Shown piece by piece: positions 9,138-18,779 of a stretch of DNA of 64,000 nt (position 1 is its first letter; the number at the start of each line of letters is the position of its first letter). The translations under genes and the position numbers were made by a program. The stretch covers positions 16,125 through 80,124 of the forward strand of contig JANXYP010000200.1 in the NCBI GenBank assembly GCA_025355955.1. Direction: 5' to 3'. Origin of the DNA: Chloroflexota bacterium (GTDB taxonomy: Bacteria; Chloroflexota; Chloroflexia; QHBQ01). The notes below the pieces were generated by a model. It was not told the origin of the DNA. It saw nothing but the letters and a program-made list of their open reading frames with translations, and ran no database searches.

Positions 9138-10533
9138 TCATTCCGTAGGGGCGAACAACGGTTCGCCCTGGCCCAACTGCCTGATGCCTGATGAAAGTTG
9201 CACATAATTCCTCGCCCCTCAACATATACTCGACCAATGCCAGATTGTGACTCGCACCGATCTTGCGGAAGATGGTCGCCGCTTGCGTAAGCATCTCCCG
9301 CGCTGCCGGGGTGATAGCACCTTCGCGTTGGGCAATCGCTTTGGCATAATCATGGTAATCACGGCCCAGGTCGTAGGCATCACCGCGATGCTTGCTTTGC
9401 ACGATCGCCAGTTGGAAGTTGGCCTCGGCCTGCGGCCAGTCGCCCTGTGTGCCGTAGAAGTGGGCAATGGTCAGATAGAAGTGTTCATGATTCTCGCGGC
9501 CCGGTTGCTGATCGAAGCGGCGCAGCCAGTCAATGTAGTGGCGGGCATGGGCGAACTCACCGGTCGCGGTGTGATATTCCACCATTCGAGCCGCAACTTC
9601 TTTTTTGAGAATAATCGGGGCGGTGGGTTCCTCGAACACCGCGATGGCGGGCGCATAGCTACCCGCCAAATCGCCCATCTCCTGCCGCACCAGACTTAGC
9701 CGCGATAGCGCATATGCCTCGACGATCTTATTGTTGCCCACGCGGGCGGCGCTGAGAGCGCGGTTTAGATACTCCACTGCCTGCTCGAAGTCGCCCGCGC
9801 AGCGATGCACCCCCGCGACGCTAACCAGCGACTGGCTGATGAAGTTCTGGTTTTCGACCTGTGGCAGCAACTCTATTACCCGCTGCGCGTACTGGATGGC
9901 CCGTGAGATGGGGCCAATGTGGATATAGACGTGGCAAAGCAGCCGATATGACAGCATCAGGGTGGTGGGGTCGCCGTGCGCCTCGGCGAACTGGGCGGCC
10001 TTGTTGTAACGGAACAGCGCCTCGTGCATCCGCCCCTCGGTGGTACTGACATTACCGAGGTTGGCCCACAGCCGCGCTGCCAGTTCGCCGCCCGCCAGTC
10101 CTACATGGCGCAGGCCACGCTGATAATACAGGGTGGCCGCGCCGCCAACGCCGCTCACGTACTCGATGTTGCCCAGAATGTTCAAGATTTCGCCGAGCAG
10201 TTGCTTGTCGCCCGCTTCAGATTCGAGCATTACCAGTAGCGGCAGCAACTCCATCTTGGCCTGCTGCATCTCGCCCTGGTAGTAATGAATCAGCCCCTGT
10301 AGCCAGCGCAAACGTGCAGTCAGCAGGGCTGCCTCGGTGCCAAAGTCGGCGCTGGCAAGCTCCGCCTCCACGTTGGCAAGCTGGGCCTGGGCCGCCGCAT
10401 AGTCGCCCCGCTTGATATCAGTCTGAGCGCTATCCAACGTCTGGCGCAACCACACCGCTGCCAGCAAAGCGTCACACTGCTGACAGCGTTGGGCCGAAGC
10501 CGGGTTCTCGGCATTGCAGTTGGGGCAACGCAT
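9118..10533 (-). CDS. TPR-repeat protein with N-terminal zinc-ribbon (MRCPNCNAENPASAQRCQQCDALL)
   Basis: 471 aa. CxxC…CxxC at the N-terminus, multiple TPR-like helices. The C-terminal ~15 aa (GPGRTVVRP…) are translated from a REP-like element at 9146..9170. Confidence 0.6.
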   Translation of the reverse strand: MRCPNCNAENPASAQRCQQCDALLAAVWLRQTLDSAQTDIKRGDYAAAQAQLANVEAELASADFGTEAALLTARLRWLQGLIHYYQGEMQQAKMELLPLLVMLESEAGDKQLLGEILNILGNIEYVSGVGGAATLYYQRGLRHVGLAGGELAARLWANLGNVSTTEGRMHEALFRYNKAAQFAEAHGDPTTLMLSYRLLCHVYIHIGPISRAIQYAQRVIELLPQVENQNFISQSLVSVAGVHRCAGDFEQAVEYLNRALSAARVGNNKIVEAYALSRLSLVRQEMGDLAGSYAPAIAVFEEPTAPIILKKEVAARMVEYHTATGEFAHARHYIDWLRRFDQQPGRENHEHFYLTIAHFYGTQGDWPQAEANFQLAIVQSKHRGDAYDLGRDYHDYAKAIAQREGAITPAAREMLTQAATIFRKIGASHNLALVEYMLRGEELCATFIRHQAVGPGRTVVRPYGMTSTLNF

Positions 10534-10643
10534 AGCTATGTCCTGCGTCTAGCGAATGTGGTCACATCGCTCTGATTAGCAGCATGGGCTATTCGGCTGG
10601 GCGAGTGCCACCCGCCCCTACATTTATAACATCTCGAAGGGGA

Positions 10644-12560
10644 TTAGCCACCGCTCATCGTTGTGCTGGTGGCGATGGTGGCTAGCTGCTCCTCGTTCAG
10701 TCCGCGATGGCCGTTGCGCTTTACACGCTCATCGGCGGTCAGCGCCTCGATACTCACCGCTGCCAACTCTTGCTCTACGCTGGCATCCCCTTGCTGCACA
10801 TTGCGGGCAGGCTGGCGGTATGCGCCTTCCAGGGCAAAGATGCGGCGCAGGATCGCCACTGCGGTTGCATAAGTGGAGTCCATGCCCAGGTAGGCCAGGC
10901 TGCTGGCCCCCAGGTTCTTGCCCCGCGTGTAGGGCGTGTCCGAGGCGTAGTGCAGCACGCCCAGATCGAAGTTCAGCCGCTTGAAGTTGATGTGTTCGCT
11001 GGTGGGGTAGCGGGTGGAATAGATGTGTTCGTACAGCCCGTTCATGTACGGCCCCGCTTCCATCTCCACCACCGTATAGCTCTCGCGGTAGAACTCGTCG
11101 AGGTATTGGCGGTTCTGCAGGTATGTTCCCTTGACCGTGACTGCCTTCTGGTTGTCCAGCACCGAGCCGTAGACCAGGTATGGGGCAACCTCACCCGCGA
11201 CGAAGCAGTTATCCAGCCAGTAGGTGTTCTGCGAATGTTCGTCGTAGATGGAGTCGCTGATCATCACATCGCCGATACTGCCATTCAGGGTGGCCGCCTT
11301 GCCCAGGATGTAGATGCCCTTGATGTTCGACAGGCTCTGCGCCACCTGGGCCATGATGAAGTAGGAAGCCAGGCCGAGCGGGTAATCAATGTTGACGATG
11401 ACCGCATCGCTGCTCTTGATCGCCTCGCCATCCTCCAGCCCCAGACGTGGGTCGAACTCATTGGCACGCAGCTTGTTCAGCTCGATGATCTGCGCGTCAA
11501 CCGCCATGCCCTCGCTGGTCGGCACGAAGTGGATGCCGCGCTCCCGCTCGTCGGCCTCGCGCTGAGACCCCATCTTGCGGTTCTTGCCCAGGTATGAGCG
11601 CATGATGTAGTATAGGAAGTTCTCCAGGCTGCTGCGGCTCTCGCCCGCCATGATGTTCTCATACTCCTCGATCAGCAGCGGATCGTGCGAGTTTCGCATG
11701 AACTTGTCCAGTTCGCCGCGCAACCGCACCGCGCTGCCGCTAACCAGGTTGCTGATGCTGTGGGTGTTGCTGGAGATGAAGTACACCGGCCGATCTTGCA
11801 GGTGCAACTCTTCCATCTTCTGGGCAATTGGCCGCCACCAGCGGTGTGCCGCCTTGCCATAGCCAATGTAGCTGCCGCCCAGCATCCGCACGGTGAAGCT
11901 CTTGGGCTTGGCGGCAATGGCAAGCAGATTGTTCCAGAAGTTACCACCCCACACCGCCCGTAGCCGCTCCCAGTCCTCGATGCTGATCATCAGCCGCACG
12001 GTCAGCACCTTGACCATCTCGTTGTAGAGCGGCGAGTGTTCGTCCAACCCAGTACGCAGTATCTCGAGGGTGTTGGGATCGCGGTTGAGCAGGGCGTGCA
12101 GCTTGTTCCACTCGATCTGCAGGCCGACCAGCACCGGGATTACATCATCCACATCCGAACTGCTGGCGATGTAGACCGCGAGGGTGTTGCGCCCGTCGTA
12201 GAACCAACGCCGCCGCCGCCCCGCCGCACTGACGCTCTGCCACTTCTCCACATCATTGCCCGCCGCCTTGAACACATCTTCACTTTGGCCCAGCAGGACG
12301 CGGGTGATCTTCATAATGTCCTGCGGCAGCCGCTGCAAGCTATAGGTGAAAGCGCTGAGGTCGGGTTCGGCCAGCGAGGCCTTGGTGTGCAGGCTGGAGT
12401 CGCTATTGACATGAGCTTGGATCAGCGCCTTGATCTTAATATCGCCGCTGCTGCGTAGCATTGTGTTGTAGGTACGGATGTATAGCTCGACATCCTGCTT
12501 CTGCGCGGGGTAGACTTCCTCGCGCCGCTGGGTGCTGGCCTCGTTTTGTTGCATATCCAT
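10644..12560 (-). CDS. PNP/UDP-phosphorylase-family protein resembling AMP nucleosidase (C-terminal catalytic domain) with a ~400-aa N-terminal extension
   Basis: The ORF track starts at 12734. ATG (MDMQQNE…) at 12560 is more likely. The C-terminal region has the nucleosidase pattern GSIGDVMISD … VTVKGTY … TVVEMEAGPY … HYASDTPYTRGKN … GMDSTYATAVAILR, parallel to E. coli Amn blocks as recalled. Confidence 0.45.
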   Translation of the reverse strand: MDMQQNEASTQRREEVYPAQKQDVELYIRTYNTMLRSSGDIKIKALIQAHVNSDSSLHTKASLAEPDLSAFTYSLQRLPQDIMKITRVLLGQSEDVFKAAGNDVEKWQSVSAAGRRRRWFYDGRNTLAVYIASSSDVDDVIPVLVGLQIEWNKLHALLNRDPNTLEILRTGLDEHSPLYNEMVKVLTVRLMISIEDWERLRAVWGGNFWNNLLAIAAKPKSFTVRMLGGSYIGYGKAAHRWWRPIAQKMEELHLQDRPVYFISSNTHSISNLVSGSAVRLRGELDKFMRNSHDPLLIEEYENIMAGESRSSLENFLYYIMRSYLGKNRKMGSQREADERERGIHFVPTSEGMAVDAQIIELNKLRANEFDPRLGLEDGEAIKSSDAVIVNIDYPLGLASYFIMAQVAQSLSNIKGIYILGKAATLNGSIGDVMISDSIYDEHSQNTYWLDNCFVAGEVAPYLVYGSVLDNQKAVTVKGTYLQNRQYLDEFYRESYTVVEMEAGPYMNGLYEHIYSTRYPTSEHINFKRLNFDLGVLHYASDTPYTRGKNLGASSLAYLGMDSTYATAVAILRRIFALEGAYRQPARNVQQGDASVEQELAAVSIEALTADERVKRNGHRGLNEEQLATIATSTTMSGG

Positions 12561-12787
12561 AAAGCTTGTCGCTCTCTTTCTGCCTGCCCTTTGCAGGCAA
12601 TCCACGCATTTCGTGTTCTGCGTTTCCTTTAGATGTTGATACTGGTATTGTAACATGGAAGAGGGGGTAGTGGCAAGCATTTTGCGCCACACGGGGCAAA
12701 TGGGGCTTGACAAGGTAGGCGCTTTCCTATACACTGTGCCTAACTTACGTTATGCAAAGTTAGCAGCGGGGAAGGTGGATAGCATTC

Positions 12788-13651
12788 GTGGCGCTAGTGG
12801 GGCAACTTAGCGAGTTTCAACTGGTCAACATCATCGCGCTGCTGCAGGTGGAGCGTAAGACTGGCGAACTCACCTTGCAGGACGAGGAGCAGCACACTAT
12901 TCGCCTTTACCTGAAGGAGGGGCGGGTTATCCACGCCGAGGGCAGCCGGGCGAGCGGCCATTCCGCCCCCACTGATGGCTTCGAGCTAGCCCTGGAACCG
13001 TTTGTCTGGCTGGGCGGCAAGTTCCACTTCGAGGCTTACGATATCGCTATACCCAATCCCAATATCAACCAGGGCAACGTCGTGCTAGTGACTGAAGGGC
13101 GCAACCGCGCCACCGCCTTCCGCGAGATCAGCCAGAACGTGCCGAGCAGCAACCTGGTGCTGAAGCTGGTGCATCAGCCCGCCAGTTCAATGCAGAGCAT
13201 CAGCCTCGACTTTCACGAGTGGCGCTTCCTGACCATGGTGGATGCCGAGCGCGACCTGAACACCATCGCCGCCATGCTGGATGTGACTGAGCAGCGGGTG
13301 CGGGCGATTGCCAACAAGATGCTGAAGAACGGGCTGGTGGAGAAGGTGGATATGCGTACGCGGATGTACAAGCTGCACGCCTTCACCGCTGAGGACAACC
13401 ACCCCAACGACCTGGCGGTGATTGACGACCTCGGCCTCGACGTAATGGCCCACAACGATCGTGAACTGGTAGCAAACTCACAGTTGGAGGTGCTAACCTC
13501 CGATGAGCAACGCCACGAGCGGATGCGGGTGGCTGGCTACCCCAACATGGCCGACCGCGTCATGCTTGCGCCGATGATGATGGCGCAGCTGGGGGTGAGC
13601 AATGGCGACCCCCTCTATGTGCGGCTTCGCGACCTGCGTGGGGAGACGTAA
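12788..13651 (+). CDS. DUF4388 domain protein (PATAN-like N-terminal domain)
   Basis: 287 aa. N-terminal LSEFQLVNIIALLQVERKTGELTL… is the DUF4388 signature. Confidence 0.6.
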   Translation: MALVGQLSEFQLVNIIALLQVERKTGELTLQDEEQHTIRLYLKEGRVIHAEGSRASGHSAPTDGFELALEPFVWLGGKFHFEAYDIAIPNPNINQGNVVLVTEGRNRATAFREISQNVPSSNLVLKLVHQPASSMQSISLDFHEWRFLTMVDAERDLNTIAAMLDVTEQRVRAIANKMLKNGLVEKVDMRTRMYKLHAFTAEDNHPNDLAVIDDLGLDVMAHNDRELVANSQLEVLTSDEQRHERMRVAGYPNMADRVMLAPMMMAQLGVSNGDPLYVRLRDLRGET

Positions 13652-13667
13652 AAAGGGGGTAGGCAGC

Positions 13668-14492
13668 GTGCCTATCATCGGCCAATTGTTGCAATCAACG
13701 CTGGGCCGCCTGTTTTCCCGCCGCCGTGCGACTAACGCCAATGGCGGGCGGGCGGGCAGCGCCGCGCCGCCGCCCGCCTCGGCCACCCCCCGCCCATCTG
13801 ACCGTGAGGCGGCGCAACGTTGGGTGAAGCTGGGGGTCAGCTCCGCCGTCGCTGGGCAGCATGACAAGGCCCGCTATTGCTTCACCCAGGCGGTGCGGGC
13901 CGACGACCACAATGCTCGCGCCTGGCTCTACCTCGGCGGGGTGGCGGGCGATCCCGCCGATAGCCTGACTGCCTTGCAGCGGGCGCTAGCGCTGGAGCCG
14001 GGCAACGCGCAGGCGAAACTAGGTTACCTGTGGGCGCGCTATGAGCTAGGCTTGCTGCCAACCGCCGAGGAGCGGATCACCAGCCCGCTGCCGGGTCGCA
14101 CCACTCCCGCGCTCGGCATCCATTCCACCCCCCAACCGCGAGAACGTACTACTCAACCGCAGCCAGGCAGCCCACCTAGCGCCCAAACGTGGCTACGCCT
14201 CGGCGTGGAAGCCGCGATCGGTGGCAACCGCACCTATGCTCGCTACTGCTACGCTCGGGCGGCGGAGATGCCGATCAACGAGCGGCGGCTCGACGAGGTG
14301 CTGCTCAGGCGACGTGCCTGGCTCTACCTTGCTGGGGTCGCCGCCGACCCTGCTCTCACCCTGGCGACGCTCGAACGAGTGCTGGCTGAGGAGCCAGACA
14401 ACCAGGAGGCGCTCCGTGGCATCAGGTGGGCTACGGAGCGTCTTAATATTAGCGACTACGACCCCAGCAGAGGTTGGCGATTGCGCCCCTGA
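13668..14492 (+). CDS. TPR-repeat protein
   Basis: The ORF track start at 13602 overlaps the upstream gene. GTG at 13668 is preceded by AAGGGGG (13653..13659) and lies 16 nt after the upstream stop. TPR helices (ARAWLYLGGVAGDPADSLTALQRALALEP…). Confidence 0.55.
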   Translation: MPIIGQLLQSTLGRLFSRRRATNANGGRAGSAAPPPASATPRPSDREAAQRWVKLGVSSAVAGQHDKARYCFTQAVRADDHNARAWLYLGGVAGDPADSLTALQRALALEPGNAQAKLGYLWARYELGLLPTAEERITSPLPGRTTPALGIHSTPQPRERTTQPQPGSPPSAQTWLRLGVEAAIGGNRTYARYCYARAAEMPINERRLDEVLLRRRAWLYLAGVAADPALTLATLERVLAEEPDNQEALRGIRWATERLNISDYDPSRGWRLRP

Positions 14493-14524
14493 GCTGCCAG
14501 TTGATCATAGCTCAAAGGGTGCGC

Positions 14525-14610
14525 GTCCCTTTCTAGCATACCCAACCAGGGCGAACAACGGTTCGCCCCTGCTGAACGCTTGCTCTGCAAGAACATGATA
14601 CATGACCTAG
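14525..14610. repeat. Family-1 REP-like core plus conserved tail (catacccaaccagggcgaacaacggttcgcccctgctgaacgcttgctctgcaagaacatgatacatgacc)
   Basis: Same core and tail as 249..431 and 3755..3835. Confidence 0.8.
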
Positions 14611-14713
14611 CTCAAATAGGCTATTGACACAGGAACGCAGGTGGTGTATGATCTAATTAACATAACGTAGCTTATCGTGTCGTGCCACATATCTTACTCA
14701 GGAGGACCAAATA

Positions 14714-15562
14714 GTGAACAAATTGGAACATAAACGCACCACCTCAGCGCGGAAACGGTCGGGAGTCGGCGTAGCGCTGATCGCCGCGCTTGGCCTGGTC
14801 GCGCTTCTCGCTGCCTGCGACACAAGCGGTAGCGCAAGCCAGCCCCAGCAGGCGGTGGTATCACAACCGCAGCCGCAAGCGCCAAGCCCGAACAATCCCC
14901 CTAAGATTGCTACTGCCTATCGCCCCGGTGGGCAGGCTACCCCCTATGCTCCGCTGGTCATTCCCCCCGCCCCCGCCCTGCCGCCTGCGGTTGGCGCGGT
15001 GCTACTCGCTGACAGCTTCGCCGACACCCCGATCAGCAACTATACCATCGTTGATCTGGGAGTGGCCCCCGATGCCCGCCCCTCTACCTGGGCGGTACAG
15101 GACGGTATGCTAGCTCAGAACGGAGACGCTGACGGCAACCCCGCCGCCAACGAGACCCTCGCTGTAATCGGCAATGCAGTCTGGACCAACTACAGCGTCG
15201 AGGCTGAAGCCTACTCCGGTGGCAGCCCGCTCGGTTTGGTGGCGCGTTATTCGAAGGCCGGTTTCTACCGCCTGCGGGTCAATCGCAGCACGGTCACGGG
15301 CGCGGGCTGGCTGCTACAACGCTACGACAGTGGCAAGCAAGCCTATACCACCCTTGCCAGCGGCGCGCTCAATAGCGGCTACACCGTTCAGCAGTGGAAT
15401 TACCTCAAGCTGACGGCGCAGGGCAGCACCATCAGCGTCACGATCAACGGCCAGCCTGCGGCCAGCGTCAATGATAGCGCTTACCCAGGCGGCAGTGTTG
15501 GCCTCTACACCGAAGCAACCGGGGCGCGTTTCAGCAACCTGCGCGTCAGCGCACTGCAGTAA
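14714..15562 (+). CDS. Lipoprotein with DUF1080 (LamG-like / 3-keto-disaccharide-hydrolase-like) domain, copy 1
   Basis: GTG start with AGGAGG 8 nt upstream. Lipobox LLAAC. The C-terminal 120 aa (GFYRLRVNRSTVTGAGWLLQRYDSG…FSNLRVSALQ) are typical DUF1080. Confidence 0.65.
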   Translation: MNKLEHKRTTSARKRSGVGVALIAALGLVALLAACDTSGSASQPQQAVVSQPQPQAPSPNNPPKIATAYRPGGQATPYAPLVIPPAPALPPAVGAVLLADSFADTPISNYTIVDLGVAPDARPSTWAVQDGMLAQNGDADGNPAANETLAVIGNAVWTNYSVEAEAYSGGSPLGLVARYSKAGFYRLRVNRSTVTGAGWLLQRYDSGKQAYTTLASGALNSGYTVQQWNYLKLTAQGSTISVTINGQPAASVNDSAYPGGSVGLYTEATGARFSNLRVSALQ

Positions 15563-15585
15563 AATTGGAGAGGAATAGCAACCTA

Positions 15586-18063
15586 ATGTATAAAACTAAA
15601 CTTGCCAGCCGCGCCTTCGTCGGGCTGGTCAGCCTATCCCTGCTGCTAACCTTGAGCGTCTCCTACAGCGCCGCCCAACCCGCCACTGCACCTACCAGCC
15701 CATCCAGCCAGGGCCAGCCCGCCGCGCAATCAGCTAGCCGCCCCGCCTATAGCAACGTGCAGTGGTCAGCGGCGCAAAACATCTCTGGTGGCAATGGCGA
15801 ACTCTATCCTGGCGTGGCGATGAACGCGGGTGAGGCTCAGGTAAACTTCAAGGGTAGTTCTACTCAGGAGATCTACGAGTCCTACAGCAGCGATAACGGC
15901 CACAGCTGGGCGGCACCCACGTATCGCGGCTGCGACAACGGCAGCGCACGGGGCTCGACTGCACCCAGCATCGCCGAAGATGCCAACAAAAATGTCTACA
16001 TGGTGTGGGAGGATTACTGCGGACCCACTCGCCAACTGTACTTCAAGAAGCATGATGCTACATCCAACCAGTGGCAGGCTACCCGTCAGATCGTCAGCTC
16101 CAACAGTAATGGCGGCTCCGTGGCGGTCGGCCCTAATGGGGTGATCCACGTCTCATACATCAATGTGTTTGCCAGCGGGTCTAGCGGCCAGCTCGAATAT
16201 ATCTACTCCACCAATGGCGGTGCCTCCTTCAGCGCCCCCACTGTCCTTACTAACAGCGCTGAGTGGATTAACACTAGCCACATTGCGGTGGATACGCTCA
16301 ACCGCCCCCATATTGTCTGCGAAAAAGGTCCTTCTGGGCGATACAGCATTGTGGCTGAGGACTTCGTCAATGGCGCATGGCACACGACTACGATATATAC
16401 TGGTCGCGGCTACTGGTCGCAAATTGCCGCCAACCACAGTGGCGGAGTAGGCGCCGTCTGGCAGATGAACGATGCGGGGGATCAGATCCTCTACAGCCGC
16501 TGGAATGGCGCAAGCCAGACGTGGGATGCGATTTCCACCCAGGTATCGGTTGACAGTAGCAACAACTATTACCCCACGCTTACATACGACAACCTCGACG
16601 ATGCTTATGTCGTCTGGGGCCAGAGCAGCGGCAGCCCCGGTTCGCAGCAACTGCAGTTCAGCTACGAGCAAAGCATCGGCAATTGGAGCGCCGAGATAAA
16701 TATTCAGAGTACCCGCACCAGCGTAGCAGTGCTGGCTAACTACAACAACAATCTGACCGTCGCCTATCAGTTTGATGGCACGGGCAACTGGGGTATCTGG
16801 TCTAGCTGGCTGCAACTACCGCAGGCAAACTTCACGCCGACTAGCATCGCTACGCCAACCCACACCGCTACGCGGACTAACACGCCTACCAACACTGCCA
16901 CCGCCACCTTCTGCCCGGGCCAGACCTTCACCGATGTGAACTGCTCATTTTGGGCGTTCGGTTACATCAAGGCGATGAACGATGCCAACGTCATCAATGG
17001 CTACAGCGGCGCACAGTGTACTGGCGTACACGTCGGTTCGCCTTGTTACCTGCCAAGCAACCTGGTAACCCGCGCTGAAGTGACCAAGATGCTGGCCCGC
17101 GCCGAGGCCTGGCCGGCCGTTACCGTTACCAGTCCCCACTTTACCGATGTGCCGCCAAATTACTGGGCTTTCCAGTTTATTGAACGAGCGGTTGCGAATG
17201 GCGTGGCCGACGGTCTAAGCGCGCAGCAGTGCCAGGCAGCAGGCGCGACTCCACCCTGCTACTTGCCTAATAGCCCTTTGACCCGCGCCCAGATGACTAA
17301 GTTCGTCTACCGCGCTCATCATCCAGTTCCCTATACGCCAAGCGGGACACAGACATTCACCGATGTGCCGCCCAGCTACTTCGCCTATGGCTACATCGAA
17401 ACTGCCAACCATGATGGCATTGTTACTGGCTACACCTCGCAGCAGTGTACGGCGGCTGGCGCAACCTTCCCTTGCTTCCTGCCCAACCGCAACGTCCACC
17501 GCGATGAAGTGGCAAAGATGGTCAAGAAAATGCTCGACGCGGGCAGCGTTACCTCCACGCCGACTGTCGCGCCGACCTCGACCGCGACCAACACGCCGAC
17601 GAATACAAACACGCCAACGCTGACCAGCACTGCTGTCGCTACCAGCACCAACACGCCCACGCCGACCAGCACCAACACGCCCGCGCCGCCCACCAGCACT
17701 CCGCTGTCGTCTACCAACACCCTTACGCCCGTACCAACCGTCACTGTCACCCCTACCCCTACCATCACTCCAGGGATAGTCAATGTCAACATTGTGGACT
17801 ATGCCTTCAGCCCGCAAACCATCACTGTCACGCTCGGCACGCGTGTAATCTGGACAAACACTGGGACGATGACTCATACTGTCAACTCTGACGATGGCAG
17901 CTCGTTCGCCTCCGGCAACATTGCGCCATCAGGAACCTTCAGCCGTACCTTCACCACCACCGGCACGATCGGCTACCACTGCACTATCCACGGCGGCATT
18001 CATACGGGGATGTACGGTACGGTCGTCGTGCTGGCCGCCGACCACCCTAACGGCACAAATTAG
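15586..18063 (+). CDS. Secreted BNR/sialidase-like beta-propeller protein with three SLH domains and a C-terminal cupredoxin (plastocyanin/azurin-like type-1 copper) domain, copy 1
   Basis: The ORF track starts at 15565 (TTG). ATG at 15586 gives a signal peptide MYKTKLASRAFVGLVSLSLLLTLSVSYSAAQP. BNR motifs (SYSSDNGHSW, YSTNGGASF). SLH repeats (FTDV…WAF…I…A…ITRAE). C-terminal H…C-x2-H-x4-M (YHCTIHGGIHTGM). Confidence 0.7.
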   Translation: MYKTKLASRAFVGLVSLSLLLTLSVSYSAAQPATAPTSPSSQGQPAAQSASRPAYSNVQWSAAQNISGGNGELYPGVAMNAGEAQVNFKGSSTQEIYESYSSDNGHSWAAPTYRGCDNGSARGSTAPSIAEDANKNVYMVWEDYCGPTRQLYFKKHDATSNQWQATRQIVSSNSNGGSVAVGPNGVIHVSYINVFASGSSGQLEYIYSTNGGASFSAPTVLTNSAEWINTSHIAVDTLNRPHIVCEKGPSGRYSIVAEDFVNGAWHTTTIYTGRGYWSQIAANHSGGVGAVWQMNDAGDQILYSRWNGASQTWDAISTQVSVDSSNNYYPTLTYDNLDDAYVVWGQSSGSPGSQQLQFSYEQSIGNWSAEINIQSTRTSVAVLANYNNNLTVAYQFDGTGNWGIWSSWLQLPQANFTPTSIATPTHTATRTNTPTNTATATFCPGQTFTDVNCSFWAFGYIKAMNDANVINGYSGAQCTGVHVGSPCYLPSNLVTRAEVTKMLARAEAWPAVTVTSPHFTDVPPNYWAFQFIERAVANGVADGLSAQQCQAAGATPPCYLPNSPLTRAQMTKFVYRAHHPVPYTPSGTQTFTDVPPSYFAYGYIETANHDGIVTGYTSQQCTAAGATFPCFLPNRNVHRDEVAKMVKKMLDAGSVTSTPTVAPTSTATNTPTNTNTPTLTSTAVATSTNTPTPTSTNTPAPPTSTPLSSTNTLTPVPTVTVTPTPTITPGIVNVNIVDYAFSPQTITVTLGTRVIWTNTGTMTHTVNSDDGSSFASGNIAPSGTFSRTFTTTGTIGYHCTIHGGIHTGMYGTVVVLAADHPNGTN

Positions 18064-18130
18064 CGTAGCGTGCCAACAAGGCAACGCAATCAATGGCGCT
18101 GGCTCGACCAGCAGCACCATTATCGGGGCG

Positions 18131-18155
18131 CGATAAATCCGCGCCCCTACATCAC
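18131..18155 (+). repeat. REP-like hairpin ggggcgcgataaatccgcgcccctac downstream of the SLH gene stop
   Basis: 8-bp GC stem followed by CTAC. No T-run, so not a canonical intrinsic terminator. Confidence 0.7.
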
Positions 18156-18779
18156 CAGCCACCGCTCTTTGAGGCTGGTATAGCAATTAGGGCCATTGAT
18201 TTACACATTGGGCCAGGCCATCATTGGCCCGGCCCTTGTGCTTGTGGTACAAAGGTGTTCTCTTGACACACTCCCCAGCGTAGGTTATACTGCCCAAGTT
18301 CTTCGCCCAGAATCGGCAATTAGGGTGAAACCTTTTTGCTGCTGATACGTTATCTTCACAGCGCCTCTCAATGGCGAGGGTCGGCGCTGTATTTTTGAGG
18401 GTAGCTGGCATTGCAATTTGCGCCGCCTTCCGCTAATGCTCTTGGCGGAACGGTCCAGCCGCACTATCTCCCACCGGTCGCTGCAGCAAAGCCAGAACCC
18501 GCCGTCTCGTAAACCATATAGATAAGTGTCAATCATTCGCTAGCAATCACCTCAGCGCTTGCTGGTTGGCGATTACTGGTTGGCGTGCGTTGATACGCAC
18601 GCTCTAGAGGGGAGCAGATACCCTATACTTCGCTTCAGTGAAGCGAACGTTGCGAGAAGGTAAAACCATCAACCCCATCAATCGCTCATTATGGCAGGTA
18701 GTGGTCATGTGGGAGAGTCGCTACTAACGATGCCGTTGTGATATAAGAGCGGAATGTAAGAACCAGGAGGATAATAACC

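Noticed and set aside
10707-11597. Long antisense or alternative-frame ORFs inside big genes (e.g. 10707..11597, 29711..30484, 31067..31915, 41186..42616, 48450..49697, 49872..51395, 25110..25919)
   Set aside because: These are high-GC shadow ORFs: Arg/Ala/Gly-rich, no start-codon context, fully overlapped by genes with clear homology on the other strand.
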